Positions 14,295-26,588 of a stretch of 64,000 nucleotides of DNA are shown here, one piece after another. The notes under the pieces are model-generated. The model searched no databases. It saw only the letters and a program-made list of their open reading frames with translations, and was not told where the DNA came from. The position numbers were made by a program, and so were the translations under genes. The stretch spans positions 133,796,001-133,860,000 of the forward strand of contig JBITNC010000001.1 of NCBI GenBank assembly GCA_050084985.1, in the 5' to 3' direction. Source of the stretch: Nageia nagi (taxonomy: Eukaryota; Plantae; Pinophyta). Within the stretch, counting starts at the first letter, position 1, and every line of letters starts with the position of its first letter.

Positions 14295-15134
14295 CATGTG
14301 TGTGAAGATGTTTAACTTCATCATGAAGGAGAAAAATGGGATAATGGATGATAAATAAAAAAAATTTGAATGAATAGGTGACCTAAGCAAGGGGTTGAAG
14401 GTTATAAGGCTACATGCCAATTCTCACGTAAGCCTTGAGTTGCTCGTATTCCCTTAGAGGTAGATGAGGAGTGAGGTATGTATGGCCTTATTGGTGAATA
14501 TTTTTTATTCTTAAGAAATATTTCCCATAGTGATTATAAATAAGGAAGAAACATGTGCATGTAAGTGAAATCTACTTATTGGGTGTTGAATTCAATTTCA
14601 TGTATGGATAGGTGAAAAGAATTTTTGATTTTGTTAAAGGATTTGGTGTGCATGTGTGCACTTACTTGAATATGATATATCTTCATGATAATTTCTTGTA
14701 TAATTGCTTGATTAAATTAAGATAAGAATGGTAATATGAATTGATCTTGGCTAAATTAATCTCATTTCATACTTTTGTTGATAAAGTTAACCTTAGGGGG
14801 AGAGAACTAAGATGATATATGTTGTCAAATTCATAACAAAAACATATTGGGATCTAAGAACACTTAATTAGGAAGAAATTCTTTATGATAATTTGAATTT
14901 GCAATATTATACATCAATATTTTCCTAATAAAATGGGTTGTGTTCCAATTATACATGTGATACTCAAAGACATGCATAGAACAATCTCTTCCATTAATAT
15001 TTTTCAATTCCCAAAGCTTAAAATTTCAAATATAAGGAAATATATTAGGATGGTAAAGTTGTCCTTAAGGGGAAGTAAAGTATCAATTATTTAGAATTAT
15101 TAGCATGACTATTTCATCTTTAAAATATATTTTT

Positions 15135-15480
15135 ATATTGTTGATTGTGCACTTACGAATATTTCATATACCATTTATTGTTTGTACACTTATTTATGCA
15201 TTATGAACTTATGGGTATTTTATATATCAAGTGTTGTTTGTGCACTTTATTTATGCATTGTGCACTTATGGATATTTCATATATCACTTGTTGATTTTGT
15301 ACTTATGGATATTTTATATATCACTTGTTGTTTATGCACTTGATGATATGGATGTATTCTATTGTTATATATCATTCTTGTTATTTTGCATATGTGATAT
15401 TAGTAGATATCATATTTTGATGAGTTCATGTGATATTGTTAGATATCATATTTTGATGATGTGGTGCATATGTGATATTA
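15135..15480. repeat. Short tandem repeats (~35-39 bp) in the 3' UTR of element B
   Basis: GCACTTATGGATATTTCATATATCACTTGTTG units, followed by ATGTGATATT..TAGATATCATATTTTGATGA units. Confidence 0.7.
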
Positions 15481-17362
15481 CTATTATGAACATAACCCTT
15501 TTGATCAAATGCAACTTATATTATATGTTTTGACATTTTATGCTTATAGTTGTAGATCTTATGGTTAATTTCTGCAAGTTCTTATAGGAAGCTACAGAAG
15601 CTACAAATCTACAAGAATATGGTCAATACATATTTTGAAGAATGTTAAGTTAGGAAAATCCTTCATTCACATCCTCAATTGTATATTCAAGGGGAGAATT
15701 AGATTGATTACTTATATTGTTATCAACATCCCTAAGATCACTTTAAGGGGAAGTGTTGGAATTATAATGTAACTTGGGAAGTTCCAAACCATTTACCAAT
15801 ATAGGAGGATAAATATGTACTTATGAAAAAAGTAAATATAATATGTAACAATATAGAATAATCCACCTATGTCAATAAGTGGATTATTCATGTAAGACAA
15901 TGTGGAACCCCACCTTATTTTATATTAGGGGTTTTTATAGATATACATGTAGGTCCACTTATTTATGATGTAATCATACACACTTATAACTAATAAATGT
16001 ACATAGGTGGAAAGTATTACACATCCATTAATCATAATGTGTGAGGTGGAACACCCATTTGAAGGGTGGTCCACTTAAGAACATGTGGAGTAATTTAAAA
16101 TTAAGAGCTCATGGTTAGTTAACCATTTGTGGTTAATTTTATTAACCACCATTGGTTAAATTTGATTCTTATATAAGGATCCCATGAGTAGGATAAAAGT
16201 GTGAAGGAGAACTTAGAGGGTGATGTTAATATGGAAAATTGTAAGATTTCTTAGCTTAAAAGTGGATGTTCCCTCATTACTAAGGTAGTGAGGTGTTTAC
16301 CACTATATATCTTGTTTTATCTTATGTGGTTGATTCGTAGTTGTGTTGGAGTTTACTTGGAGATTTACTTACCACATCTCTTTAATTACTTCACAAGGCA
16401 TGACATTATGTATAAGGTCCCCAATACCTGATATGGATAGCTCATCTGAGAGATCATTGCACCCACATCACTACTCTCACTAGTATCTCTTGACACCATA
16501 TATCTAAGGATCTATATACTCTTTCAAATATTGAATTGGTATTTGCTCAATATTCATACTCTTTAGGATCTATGATAATAATAGTGTTTATTATGTGTGG
16601 GTATATCATATTTGTTATTCTTTCCATATATTAATGAGATCTCCATAATCGAATAACATTGCATTGTGGTGTTGAAGATACCATATATAAGGTTAATTAA
16701 TTGATTGGGGTTTAATCTAGTTCATAAATCATTGAAGGTTCTATAATGCATTTAATTGGATATTCATATAATTAAGTAAACTATTCATTAATTTATTTTA
16801 TTAATATGCACATACATGGGAGAAAAGGATTCATACAGCACTACGTTGGAATGTATAATGCATTATTGTAAGGTATCTTAATTTAATTCACTTAATAATT
16901 AACATGATAATGAAATTCACTAAGACTCAAAAGTATATTTAAAAATCTTTTAAGTATTTCTAAATATGATAATGTAACTTGTCCTACACTCATCTTATGA
17001 GCATACCCCTTGGGTAAAAGGGTGATGCATATCATGATATTATACAATGGTTGAAAGGGTGATCCAAAGGAGGATTTTGGCCTATAAATAAAAGGCCTTA
17101 TCCTTGAGATTACTCACTCAAGTTTGTAGCAAAGTTATGCTCTTGTTCAGGTTGTAGGAGAAGTGAGAAAGTAAGTTGTAAGAGAGTGCTCTTTGAGAAT
17201 AAGATCTTAGATTAGTGTATGTACTTGCATGGTTATAGAAACCAATTTATATTGGTTTCATCTTGTGTGAATGTTACTTTGAGTATGAATTCTTAATGCT
17301 TAATGATTTGAGAGAGTCTTCAGGGTAATATGAATTTAGTATTGTATGCTTGTTCCTTCAAA

Positions 17363-17375
17363 TGTTATCAGAGCC
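17363..17375 (+). promoter_or_regulatory. Primer-binding site (tRNA-iMet type) of Copia A
   Basis: TGTTATCAGAGCC versus canonical TGGTATCAGAGC, 2 nt after the LTR end. Confidence 0.85.
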
Positions 17376-20156
17376 ATACTTGTTGGATCCTCTTCAACAT
17401 CCTTGAGACTCTTCATCCTAATCCTTCCATATTTGGAGGTTCACCTTCATTGTTATGAGGTAAAATCAAGTGAAGGTATAACCTCCTATCATTTTTTTAA
17501 AATTTTTGACTAGTTCATTATGATAGTAATAATTTTGGTTATGATTATGTTAGTTCAATTTCTTAACAAAAATTGATCCAATAACATAATATATTGTTGC
17601 TAAATTTTATTACTAACAAATTTTATGTTAGTAATTACTTTTTTTATTGATATAAAAATTATTTTCAAGAGCAATGATATATTATTCAAAATTTGTAATT
17701 TTAAAAAAACTTTTTATTTTTTTACTTTGCAAGTTTTTTTTTGTTTTACACATAAAATAATGAGGTGGTTATTTTATTTTTTTAATGGAAAGGGATTTAA
17801 AAAAAATTGTTAGTAAAACATATATACAATATTCATTTATTATTTAAAAAATGAGGGACATTCTATTTTTTCAAATAGGGCTCTTTATTTTGAAATAAAA
17901 TAATTATAATATTATTGGTAGGGAAGGGGGGGTGACTATAGTGGTAACCACCTAACCCTTCCCCTCATCATTGGCTAAGGGAAAATTAGGGGCTACCAGC
18001 TCTTGTGATGGTTCCTCCTACCTCTACTCTGACTTTGACCCTCCTCTCACCTTTGCCAACCATCATGCCAACCACCAACAAGAATCTTTGCAATGTGTCC
18101 TAATTTGTTAACAATGTTTGCATCGTGCATCTTATCAAAATCCTTCATTATTGCATTCAGCAACATCCCTCTTACCAAAAATATCCTTCACCCACCAATG
18201 CAGCTACTCTTGCTACCTCCTGCACTACATCATAGCCCCACCCACCACCATGAGACTTACCCTTGTACCAAGCTTCACCACCCTCTATTGGCTTGTAGTT
18301 GCTCTACCCAACTGAATAAGAGGGCATAGAAATCCATAAAAAAATTAGTAAGAGGTGGTTTTCACTTATATGTTATTATGAAAAATATTTTGATATACAT
18401 GTATGGTAAGTTTAGAAACATACCTAACCCTTGTAGTTGCCCATTGCTTACCAAATCCCATTGATGACTCCCACCACACACTAGACCTCCTTTCCTCCCT
18501 TCACTTGCTCTAACCTCTCCACCCCTCCCTGATAGGGTTCGCCCACTATTAGGCTCCACCCCTGCTCCACCTCAAACCACCTACCAAACACCTCCTCCAC
18601 CTCTAATTGGTCGACTACCCTTCCCCTCTCTTGTGATTAAATGGCCATTGTGATTAAATTGGAAGGCACTTTGTATTTTCTTGGCCAATTTTTTTATGTT
18701 TACTTGCAAGACAATGTTTTTAAGCCATCATTAAAACACCAACAAAATATTAAATGAGCATGGAGAAGAGTATGGGTCTCCATTTTAAATTTGATTCCAT
18801 GTAGGGTGGTATTTGAGTTTTTTAAATTTCTTTCTACCTTGCCTTTTATTTAATACAAGTGGAAGAAATTTTTTAAATAGTACTTTATTATTTTTTAAAT
18901 AAAAGAGGGGGGATATTTCCTTAACAAAGAGTTAATTTTTCAAAATAATGGAATATTTAAATAATCATCTTAAAAAGGAAGGAAATATTTTAGAAGAAAT
19001 TTTTTTAAGTATAGAATTATGTTTCTTAGTATTTTTTTTTCCTTGAAGTAAAAATTGCAAAGAGCATGAATTGTTTTTGCTATGGTAAAAATATGTCAAG
19101 TTTAAATGTTAAAGGGGGAAGTTTTTTTTTAAGTGTTAAAATTTAATTTTTTAAGGTAAAATTGCAATGACATTTTTTACCTAAGTGCATTTTAAATGTT
19201 AAAAAGGTACAAAAGTTAAAATTTTAAGTAAAAGTGAGGGAGACTCCTTTTTTTGTTACTTAAAAATAATGAACCCATGTATTTTTTTGTAAAGAGATCA
19301 TCTTGGGTTGGTAAAAAAAACCTATTGGACACTCTTAGGTTTCATTTTTAGATGATGTATCATTTTTTAAAAGAACTTTACTTTATGTTAAGCATCCTTA
19401 TTTTAGTTTTTTGCAAGCAAATCATAAACATTGAAAGTTCACCCCCTAAAATGAATACATCTGCATGTATATTTTGTAACATGATTTGTTTGGGGAGCCA
19501 CGAGGGAAGGACAAGGAAGATAAGATCCTTCAGTCTGATGATTCAAATGTTTTAAAGTGTGTACTTTTTAATTTCTTTTAATTCCTCTATTGGTATGGTA
19601 TATGTGTAGTGATACCACATGTCTGCATGTCCATTCAGGAATTATCCTGATAACCTAGGAGGATAACTTACAACCTTGTAATCAAGATAATAATTTGATT
19701 GATACAATGTACATTACACCATTGGAAAATAGTTATTACTCCTCCTTGTGAGAGTATATTACTTACCAAGGGGAATTGGTTGAAGATTGGTAGGACTTGG
19801 GCTCCATGTGGGTATCTAGAGGAAGGCCTAATTTTAAACTAGAAAATAAGACTCAACTTTACCCTTCTCATTGTTAATTGGTTATGGAAAAATATTGGAT
19901 GTATGGGATTTATCACTTGAATCAATTGTAAACCTTTTTGCATATGTGAAATTGGTTAAACAATTCAAGCATGCATTATTCATTATCCTTGATCAAAATT
20001 CAACATATATGATTGATTAATTCAACATGTATGGTTGATTTATTTGAACAAATATCAACATGTATAAATGATTTATTTGAACAAACTGAACATGGTTAAT
20101 TATTTTGGTTCACAAATTTAACATGCTTACATTGGTTAACACTTTCATCTTCTAGG

Positions 20157-21134
20157 TGAATGCAAGAAGTTGGGTCCACTTTAAGGCCAAAAAGTGGAAG
20201 TGTTTTTGTTGATTTTCAAATTTGGATACGATTGATCTCAAAATTTAAAGAACTTAGACATGGAATCATGAAAAAAGTCATCATGGTGAAAATGTAGTTC
20301 TCAAAGTCTATTTTTCAAATATATAATTTATTTCAATACCTAAATCATAGAATTCAAAATTCGATAGGATGAACAAAAACCTTTTTAAAAAAATTATTTT
20401 TGGACCATACCATGCATAGGTCCATCCACCATAATTTGAATAAAATCAAGGTATTTTTTAAAATCCTTTTAGGAAAAGATACCTAACACATTGGAGCTTC
20501 TCCTGGATATTTTTCTATAATTTTTGAATCAATATTTTTTTATTAATTTTATAGCAAGCATGTTTGTGGTTTCAAAAAGTGCTTGTGTCCATCCACCATA
20601 ATTTGATATAAACTTAATTTTTTTCCAAAAATAAATTTATTCTTATTGATAATTCTATGAAGCTTGTCCCTATATAATTTGTTTTCATAACTCACCCAAA
20701 AAAAACTTATTAAGAAAATACAAAACCCTCATATTTCAAGTATATGAACCACTTTTACTGAAAAAGTAATTAAAAATATAAAATCTTATCCAATTATAAA
20801 AAATAACATATTTGAAATATACACTCTTTAATCTATAATGGGTTTTAATTTCATGAAAAAAATTTACCAAAAACTCCATCAAACGTATGCCTAAAGTTAA
20901 CATTTTCCATTAAAATTACCATGAACATATACTTGCAGGTCCAAGCTCACCAAGCCTTTTTCAAGCTTAAATTCAAGCAAATCAGATATTTAAATATCAA
21001 GATCTTGATATTTATACGTATTTTAACTTTAAATATCAAGATCTTTACTGGGATCCCAATTTTTTTGACATTGAATTTGAACTTCATCGATTTCGCCCAC
21101 TTCCCCTTTAAGTGGAATCAACTTCTTGCTTTCA
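20157..21134. mobile_element. ~1-kb dispersed module with inverted termini, copy 2
   Basis: Left end TGAATGCAAGAAGTTGGGTCCACTTTAAGG versus reverse complement of the right end TGAAAGCAAGAAGTTGATTCCACTTAAAGG. Ends 17 bp before the Copia gag ATG. Confidence 0.7.
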
Positions 21135-24100
21135 TTATTCTTTTGTAGCAAATGGGAGACTCCTTTACACCCAAGCACATCCTGGATAGTTCCAATTATG
21201 GTATTTGGGAACCTAGGATGAAAGTAGAGCTCCAAGCATGAAAACTATAGGAACTGTAAATGAAAACCAATTTGCTATGACAGATGAGAAGTTACTTGAG
21301 GCTTATAATACAAAGAATGAATTGGTGATCTCTATGATATTTTATGCATTTTTAGATAAAGTTTTTCTTATGATATCTTCTTCAAACTCTGCAAAGGAAG
21401 CTTGGGATAGGTTGAAGAAAATCTACCTCAGCTCCAAATTCTCGAAGAGGTTCACCATTCTTCAAAAATTATTGCAATCACATCAAAAGAAAAATGAAAG
21501 TGTTGCAATATATTTGAATAAGATTGTTGATCTTAGTACCCAACTTGTTAGGTATGATTGCAATTGGATCAATGATGAGTTTAGGGTATTCATCATCCTT
21601 CAAAGTCTCCCTTCTAAATTTAGTCACTTCGTGATAGTTATTGAGATAAGGCTCGATGATGAAGAAGTATACTCCTTGGAAAATATTTCAAGACTTCTCC
21701 TAAAATATGAAGAAAATCTCAATAAAAAAAATTTGATCTCTACTCCTAAGGAGAATCCTATGGCACTTGACCAACAAAGGTTCACTTCAAAAAGAAGTTC
21801 CATAATCAAAAGAAATCTTCCCATGCTCCAAAAGAGAAATTCAAAAAGGTGAAAATAAAAATTAGAATGGCCATGTTAAGTTTGAAAATCCAATTCTAAA
21901 TAAAAATTTGATGGCAATTGTAATTTCTATAGAATCTATGGTCATAAGGAATAAAATTGCTACAATAAAAAGAAAGAACAAGATGAAAAAGGAACTAAAA
22001 AATCAAACAACTTTAAAGGTAATAAAAATAATAAAAAAATCTACTTTTGTTTATGGTATGTACTCCAAGTCTCATGCTTTCTAAAATAACTGGATTGTAG
22101 ACTTTGGGTATACTAATCATATATGTTTTGAAAAGGCTAAGTTTGAAAATTTTCATAAGTATAGGAAGGATGCAGTTGTGATAGGTGATAATTCAATCTG
22201 TAAAGTTCAAGGTATTGAGAGTGTGTTGATACATGAAACAGTTCTTGAAAATATGCTCTTCATGTCTAAACTTAATATGAACCTAATTTCTATAATTTAA
22301 GTTGCAAGGAAAGGATACTTATTTGAGTTCAACTTACAATCCTAGTGCATTAAGAAGGGACTTGCCACTTTGGTGAATGGAATAATAAAATATGATCTCT
22401 ATATTATGTACCAAGTACCATTAAAGATATGCTTACTAAGAATATTTTCTCTAGGGGAAATCTTTGGCACCATTGATTAGGCCACATTTAAAACAAAAGC
22501 ATTCAGGTCATGAAAAATCAATAACTTGTGTAAGGATTGCCATTGATATCACCCATAATTGATCTTTGTGAAAAATGCATATTAGGCAATATAAATAGGT
22601 AAAATTTAAGAAAGATAAGGAAATAAGGGAAACACAACCTCTTTCTCTTGTGCATTCAAATTTTATGGATCCATTTCAGATTAAGTCTCTTGGGGGAGCT
22701 TCTTACGTATTGACCTTCATAGAAAACTTCAGTAGGATGATATTTGGTTATCTACTCAAGAAAAAAGATCAAACTTTTGAAATCTTCAAAGACTTCAAAG
22801 TCTTTGTTAAAAATGTATTTGACTTTAAGATCAAAATATTGAGATCTAACAATGGGGGTTAATATAATAGCAATGAGTTCAATAATTGTTGTTGCAAATA
22901 CAAGATCAATAGGTAGTTCATGATCCCTTACACCCCTTAGAAAAATAGTATTTCTAAAAGGAATAATAGGACCATTTAGGATATGGCTAGATGGATGTTA
23001 AGAAACCTCCCTAGTTTCTTATGGGGTGAAGCTGTAAACATTGCAACCTACACTTTGAATAGGTTCCCTATGAAAGTAGATGAAGTTAAAACCATGTATG
23101 AGGTATGGATGGAAAATAAATATAACATCACTCACCTTAGGTTATTTGGTTGTGATGCCTATGACTTCATTATTTCTAATAAAATAAAGAACTTGGACAA
23201 GAGATCTAAAAAATGCATCTTTGTGGACTATGATAGTCAACATAGAGGCTACAAGCACTACTCTCCTTCCTTTAGAGCATTTTTCATCTTGAGGGATGTA
23301 AAGTTCAATTAAATTCCTGAGGAATCTACTTCTTGTAAGGACTTGGATGATATTGATGACTCTTTTATTACACCTAACTAGTTGGATGTCAATGTAGATA
23401 AGTCATCTCAAGAGAAAAATTCTCCAACATAAAGGATAATGAGAAGTATGAACTTAAACAAATCCTTATTTAACAAAATTGACTACAAAAATTAACCCTC
23501 ATCATTCAAGAAAGCTTTGAAGCATGAATACTAGATGGAATTCATGAAAGTGGAGTATGAGGCTCTAATAAAAAATCAAACTTAGGATTTGGTTCCCTAT
23601 CCCAATGAATATAATGTAATTGTAAATAAATAGATTTACAAGGTCAAACACAATTCAATTAGGGAAATTGAGAATTACAAGGAAAGGTTAGTAGCCAAGG
23701 TTTTTGCTTAGAAATACAAAGTTGATTACGAGGAAACCTTTTCTTCAATAGCAAAAATGCTCATGGTCAAGTTAATCCTTTCTCTTTCAGCATCTCAAGG
23801 ATGGAAATTTTCTCAACTTGATGTTAAGAGTGCCTTTTTTCAACCATGAATTAGATGTGGAAATCTACATGAATCAACTAGAAGGGTTTGTTGTAAAAAG
23901 TAAAGAGTCGATTAGATTGAAGCTAAAGAAGTCCTTGTATGGACTTAAGCAAGCACCTAGATCTTGGTATAAAAAGATTTCAAGATACTTTGCATACATT
24001 AGGTTCTCTAAGTGCTTCTCCAATTTAGATCTATATGTGCTCAATTAGGGACAAGATTTGGTCTTGATCTTCTCTATATGGATGATCTTATGATTACAGA

Positions 24101-24186
24101 AAATAATGATGAAATCATTCAAGAGTGCATATCCAAACTTAAGGCAACATTTGAAATCATTGATCTTGGTTTTTTGCATTGCTACC

Positions 24187-26588
24187 TATTAGCTTTTTAT
24201 AGCCTAAAATTGATAAGTTTAATTTTTTATTTTTCTATCAATAACCACCTCTAGCAAACTAGTTGTTCTTACTAATTTTAGTTTGTTGCATGGATTCCCA
24301 AGCCATATTGTAATCTATTTTCTATAAGAGAGGGGATTCTATTGTTTATATGATCTAGATTTATTATGTAAGGTGCAAGATTGAGTTTAAGAGAGGATTG
24401 TTGATGAGAAGAAGAGTAAGGAGAGACTAACATCTGATAGTTCCAAACTTTATTCTAGAGAGGATTGATTGTAACATTGTTGTAAGGGAGATCCCTTTGA
24501 GTAATAATAGGAGGATTATTTTGTGGAGTAGCCCATATTTTGGGTGAATCACTACACATGTTGTGTTTGTCTCTAATTTATTATTGTATGTGTTGTTTCT
24601 TTGATATTAATAATTTTGTTGTTATTTTCAATATCTGATATATATTTCTCCAAGAAGATTAATTTTTATTTAATTAGTAAATCCCAACAACTTGTATCAG
24701 AGGTAATTATTTGGTGCACTCAAAAAAAGGAGAGTTTTCAGTTCGAGTGGGAGAAATGGAAGATATATCAAAATTTGAAGTGCAAAAATTTGATGGAAAG
24801 AATTACCAATTTTGGAAATTGCATATTGAAGACTTATTATTGATGAAAGATTTATATCTACCTATAGAGGGACTAGTAAAGAAACTTTCTTTTATGATGG
24901 ATGAGGAGTGGAATATTTTTGATAGGAAGGCATTGGCTATTATCCAGTTGAGTGTCACATCTTCTATGGCATTCAATGTCTCTAAAAAAAAGAATGCAAA
25001 GGATCTTATGTATGCACTGAAAAAGCTCTATGAAAATCCCTTGACATCAAACAAGGTATTCTTAGTGAAGCGACTTTATAATTTGCATATGCCAGAAGGT
25101 GGATATGTAGCTAGTCATTTCAATGAGTTCAATATGGTTGTTAGCAAGTTAGTCTCTGTTAAAGTTAAAATAGAGGAAAAGATGAAGGTCATTATATTTT
25201 TGTGTTCATTACTTGGTAACTAGGAGAGCTTATTAATGGCTATTAGTATTATTTTTGGTATTCTTTATTTTGATGATATGATGAGTGCAATCCTTGGTAA
25301 TGATATGTAAAGGAAGAGTATAGGAGATTCATCATATGGTGTATCACTAATTGTCAAAGGATAACAAAGGGCAAGAAGAGTAAGTTCAGGGAACCATGAA
25401 GAGCAAAATGGATCCAAGTCCAAGGGAATATTGGAATGCTAGTATTTTCATAAGAAAGGGTAGTTGAAGAAGGAATGTTGGGCTCAAAAAGTAGAGGAAG
25501 AGTAGGAAAATATAGTCAATGAAAAGGCCTTAATTTTTTCATCTATGGAGGATGAGCAAGCAATGGGAGCTAGGAGACATGTCCAAGAATATGGACATGG
25601 CTCAGGATTTATTGTATGATTATAGGACGTAACACATAAAATGGTTATAGTTATAGATCATTATGACCCAAAGTAACTAAGTTGGAAGGTAATTCCATAC
25701 TCGAGGAGTGTGCTTTCAAAGCTAATGGCAAAGTTATATTGTGTGTGTGCATGCTATGGGTTATCCATAGTATGTAGATCTTGCCATGGTGATGATGTTT
25801 GATTCACCATGATACATAATAATTCTAAGGATGTTTTCATTATCATTTATGTGTGGTAGGTAGATTGTGTGTTGCTTGTTAATCATAGGATAAAAGTGTG
25901 TAGATGATACTAGTCCAATGTGATGGTTCAAAGCATGGACACAATAATCTAGAGGAAGTGACATTCTTTGTTTGGTTGAAGAGTTATATCCAATGAATGC
26001 AATAATGATAGAGTTAATAGGATTTAATCCTAGGTTATAGGGTTGTTGCAATAATTTCAATCTCCAAGTGGGAGATTGTTAATTTTTTGGAGCCTAAAAT
26101 TGCTAAGTTTAATTTTTTATATTTTCTATAAATAATCACCTCCTACAAATTGATTATTTTTCTAATTTTAGTGTGTTGCATGGATATAATTGCATGGCTA
26201 CCTAAGCCATATTATAATATACTTTCTATAAGATATGGTATTCTATTATTTGTATGCTCCAGATTTATTATGTAAGATGCAAGATTATGTTTGAAACAGG
26301 ATTATTGATGAGAAGAAGAACAAAAAAAGACTAATGTGTGAGGGTTCTAGACTCTATTTTAGAAAGGATTTATTGTAACATTATTGCAAGGGAGATCCCT
26401 TTGAGGAATAATAGGACTATTTGTGGAGTAGCCCATATTTTGGGTGAACCATTGCACATGCTATTTTTATATCTGATTATTATTGTGTACATTATTTCTT
26501 TGATATTATCTATGCTACTATTATTTTCAATCTCTAATATATATTACTTTAAGAATATTATTTTTTATTTAATCACTAAATCCCAACA
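24187..26588 (+). mobile_element. Non-autonomous gag-only LTR element (TR-GAG-like), 2402 bp
   Basis: Perfect TSD CTACC (24182-24186 / 26589-26593). LTRs 24187-24689 and 26077-26588, PBS TTGTATCAGAG at 24692, PPT AAGTGGGAGAT at 26066-26076. Confidence 0.95.
24756..25500 (+). pseudogene. Copia-type gag (Tnt1/Tork-like) with degenerate zinc knuckle
   Basis: KFEVQKFDGKNYQFWKLHIEDLL...DRKALAIIQLSV...NKVFLVKRLYNLHM, then EC*YFHKKG*LKKECW. No pol motifs seen before the PPT. Confidence 0.9.

Larger units (their letters stand above)
4410..16393 (+). mobile_element. Non-coding LTR retroelement B (LARD-like, Copia-type priming signals)
   Basis: 5' LTR 4410-5290 and 3' LTR 15754-16393 both start TGTTGGAATTATAATGTAACTT and end TCA. 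Degenerate iMet PBS TTTGTATCAAAGC at 5293-5305; PPT AAGGGGAAG before 15754. The TSD is poor (AAAGA/CAAGG). No gag/pol recognised. Confidence 0.8.
4145..16810 (+). mobile_element. Solo LTR F (4145-4409 + 16394-16810, about 0.7 kb) inserted in the Gypsy integrase and split by element B
   Basis: Flanked by TATAC (4140-4144) and CATAC (16811-16815). Termini are TA(TG)TAGA...ATGCA. Removing it restores integrase LAKDTKLQV-HTWEKRIHTALWAY. Confidence 0.75.
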
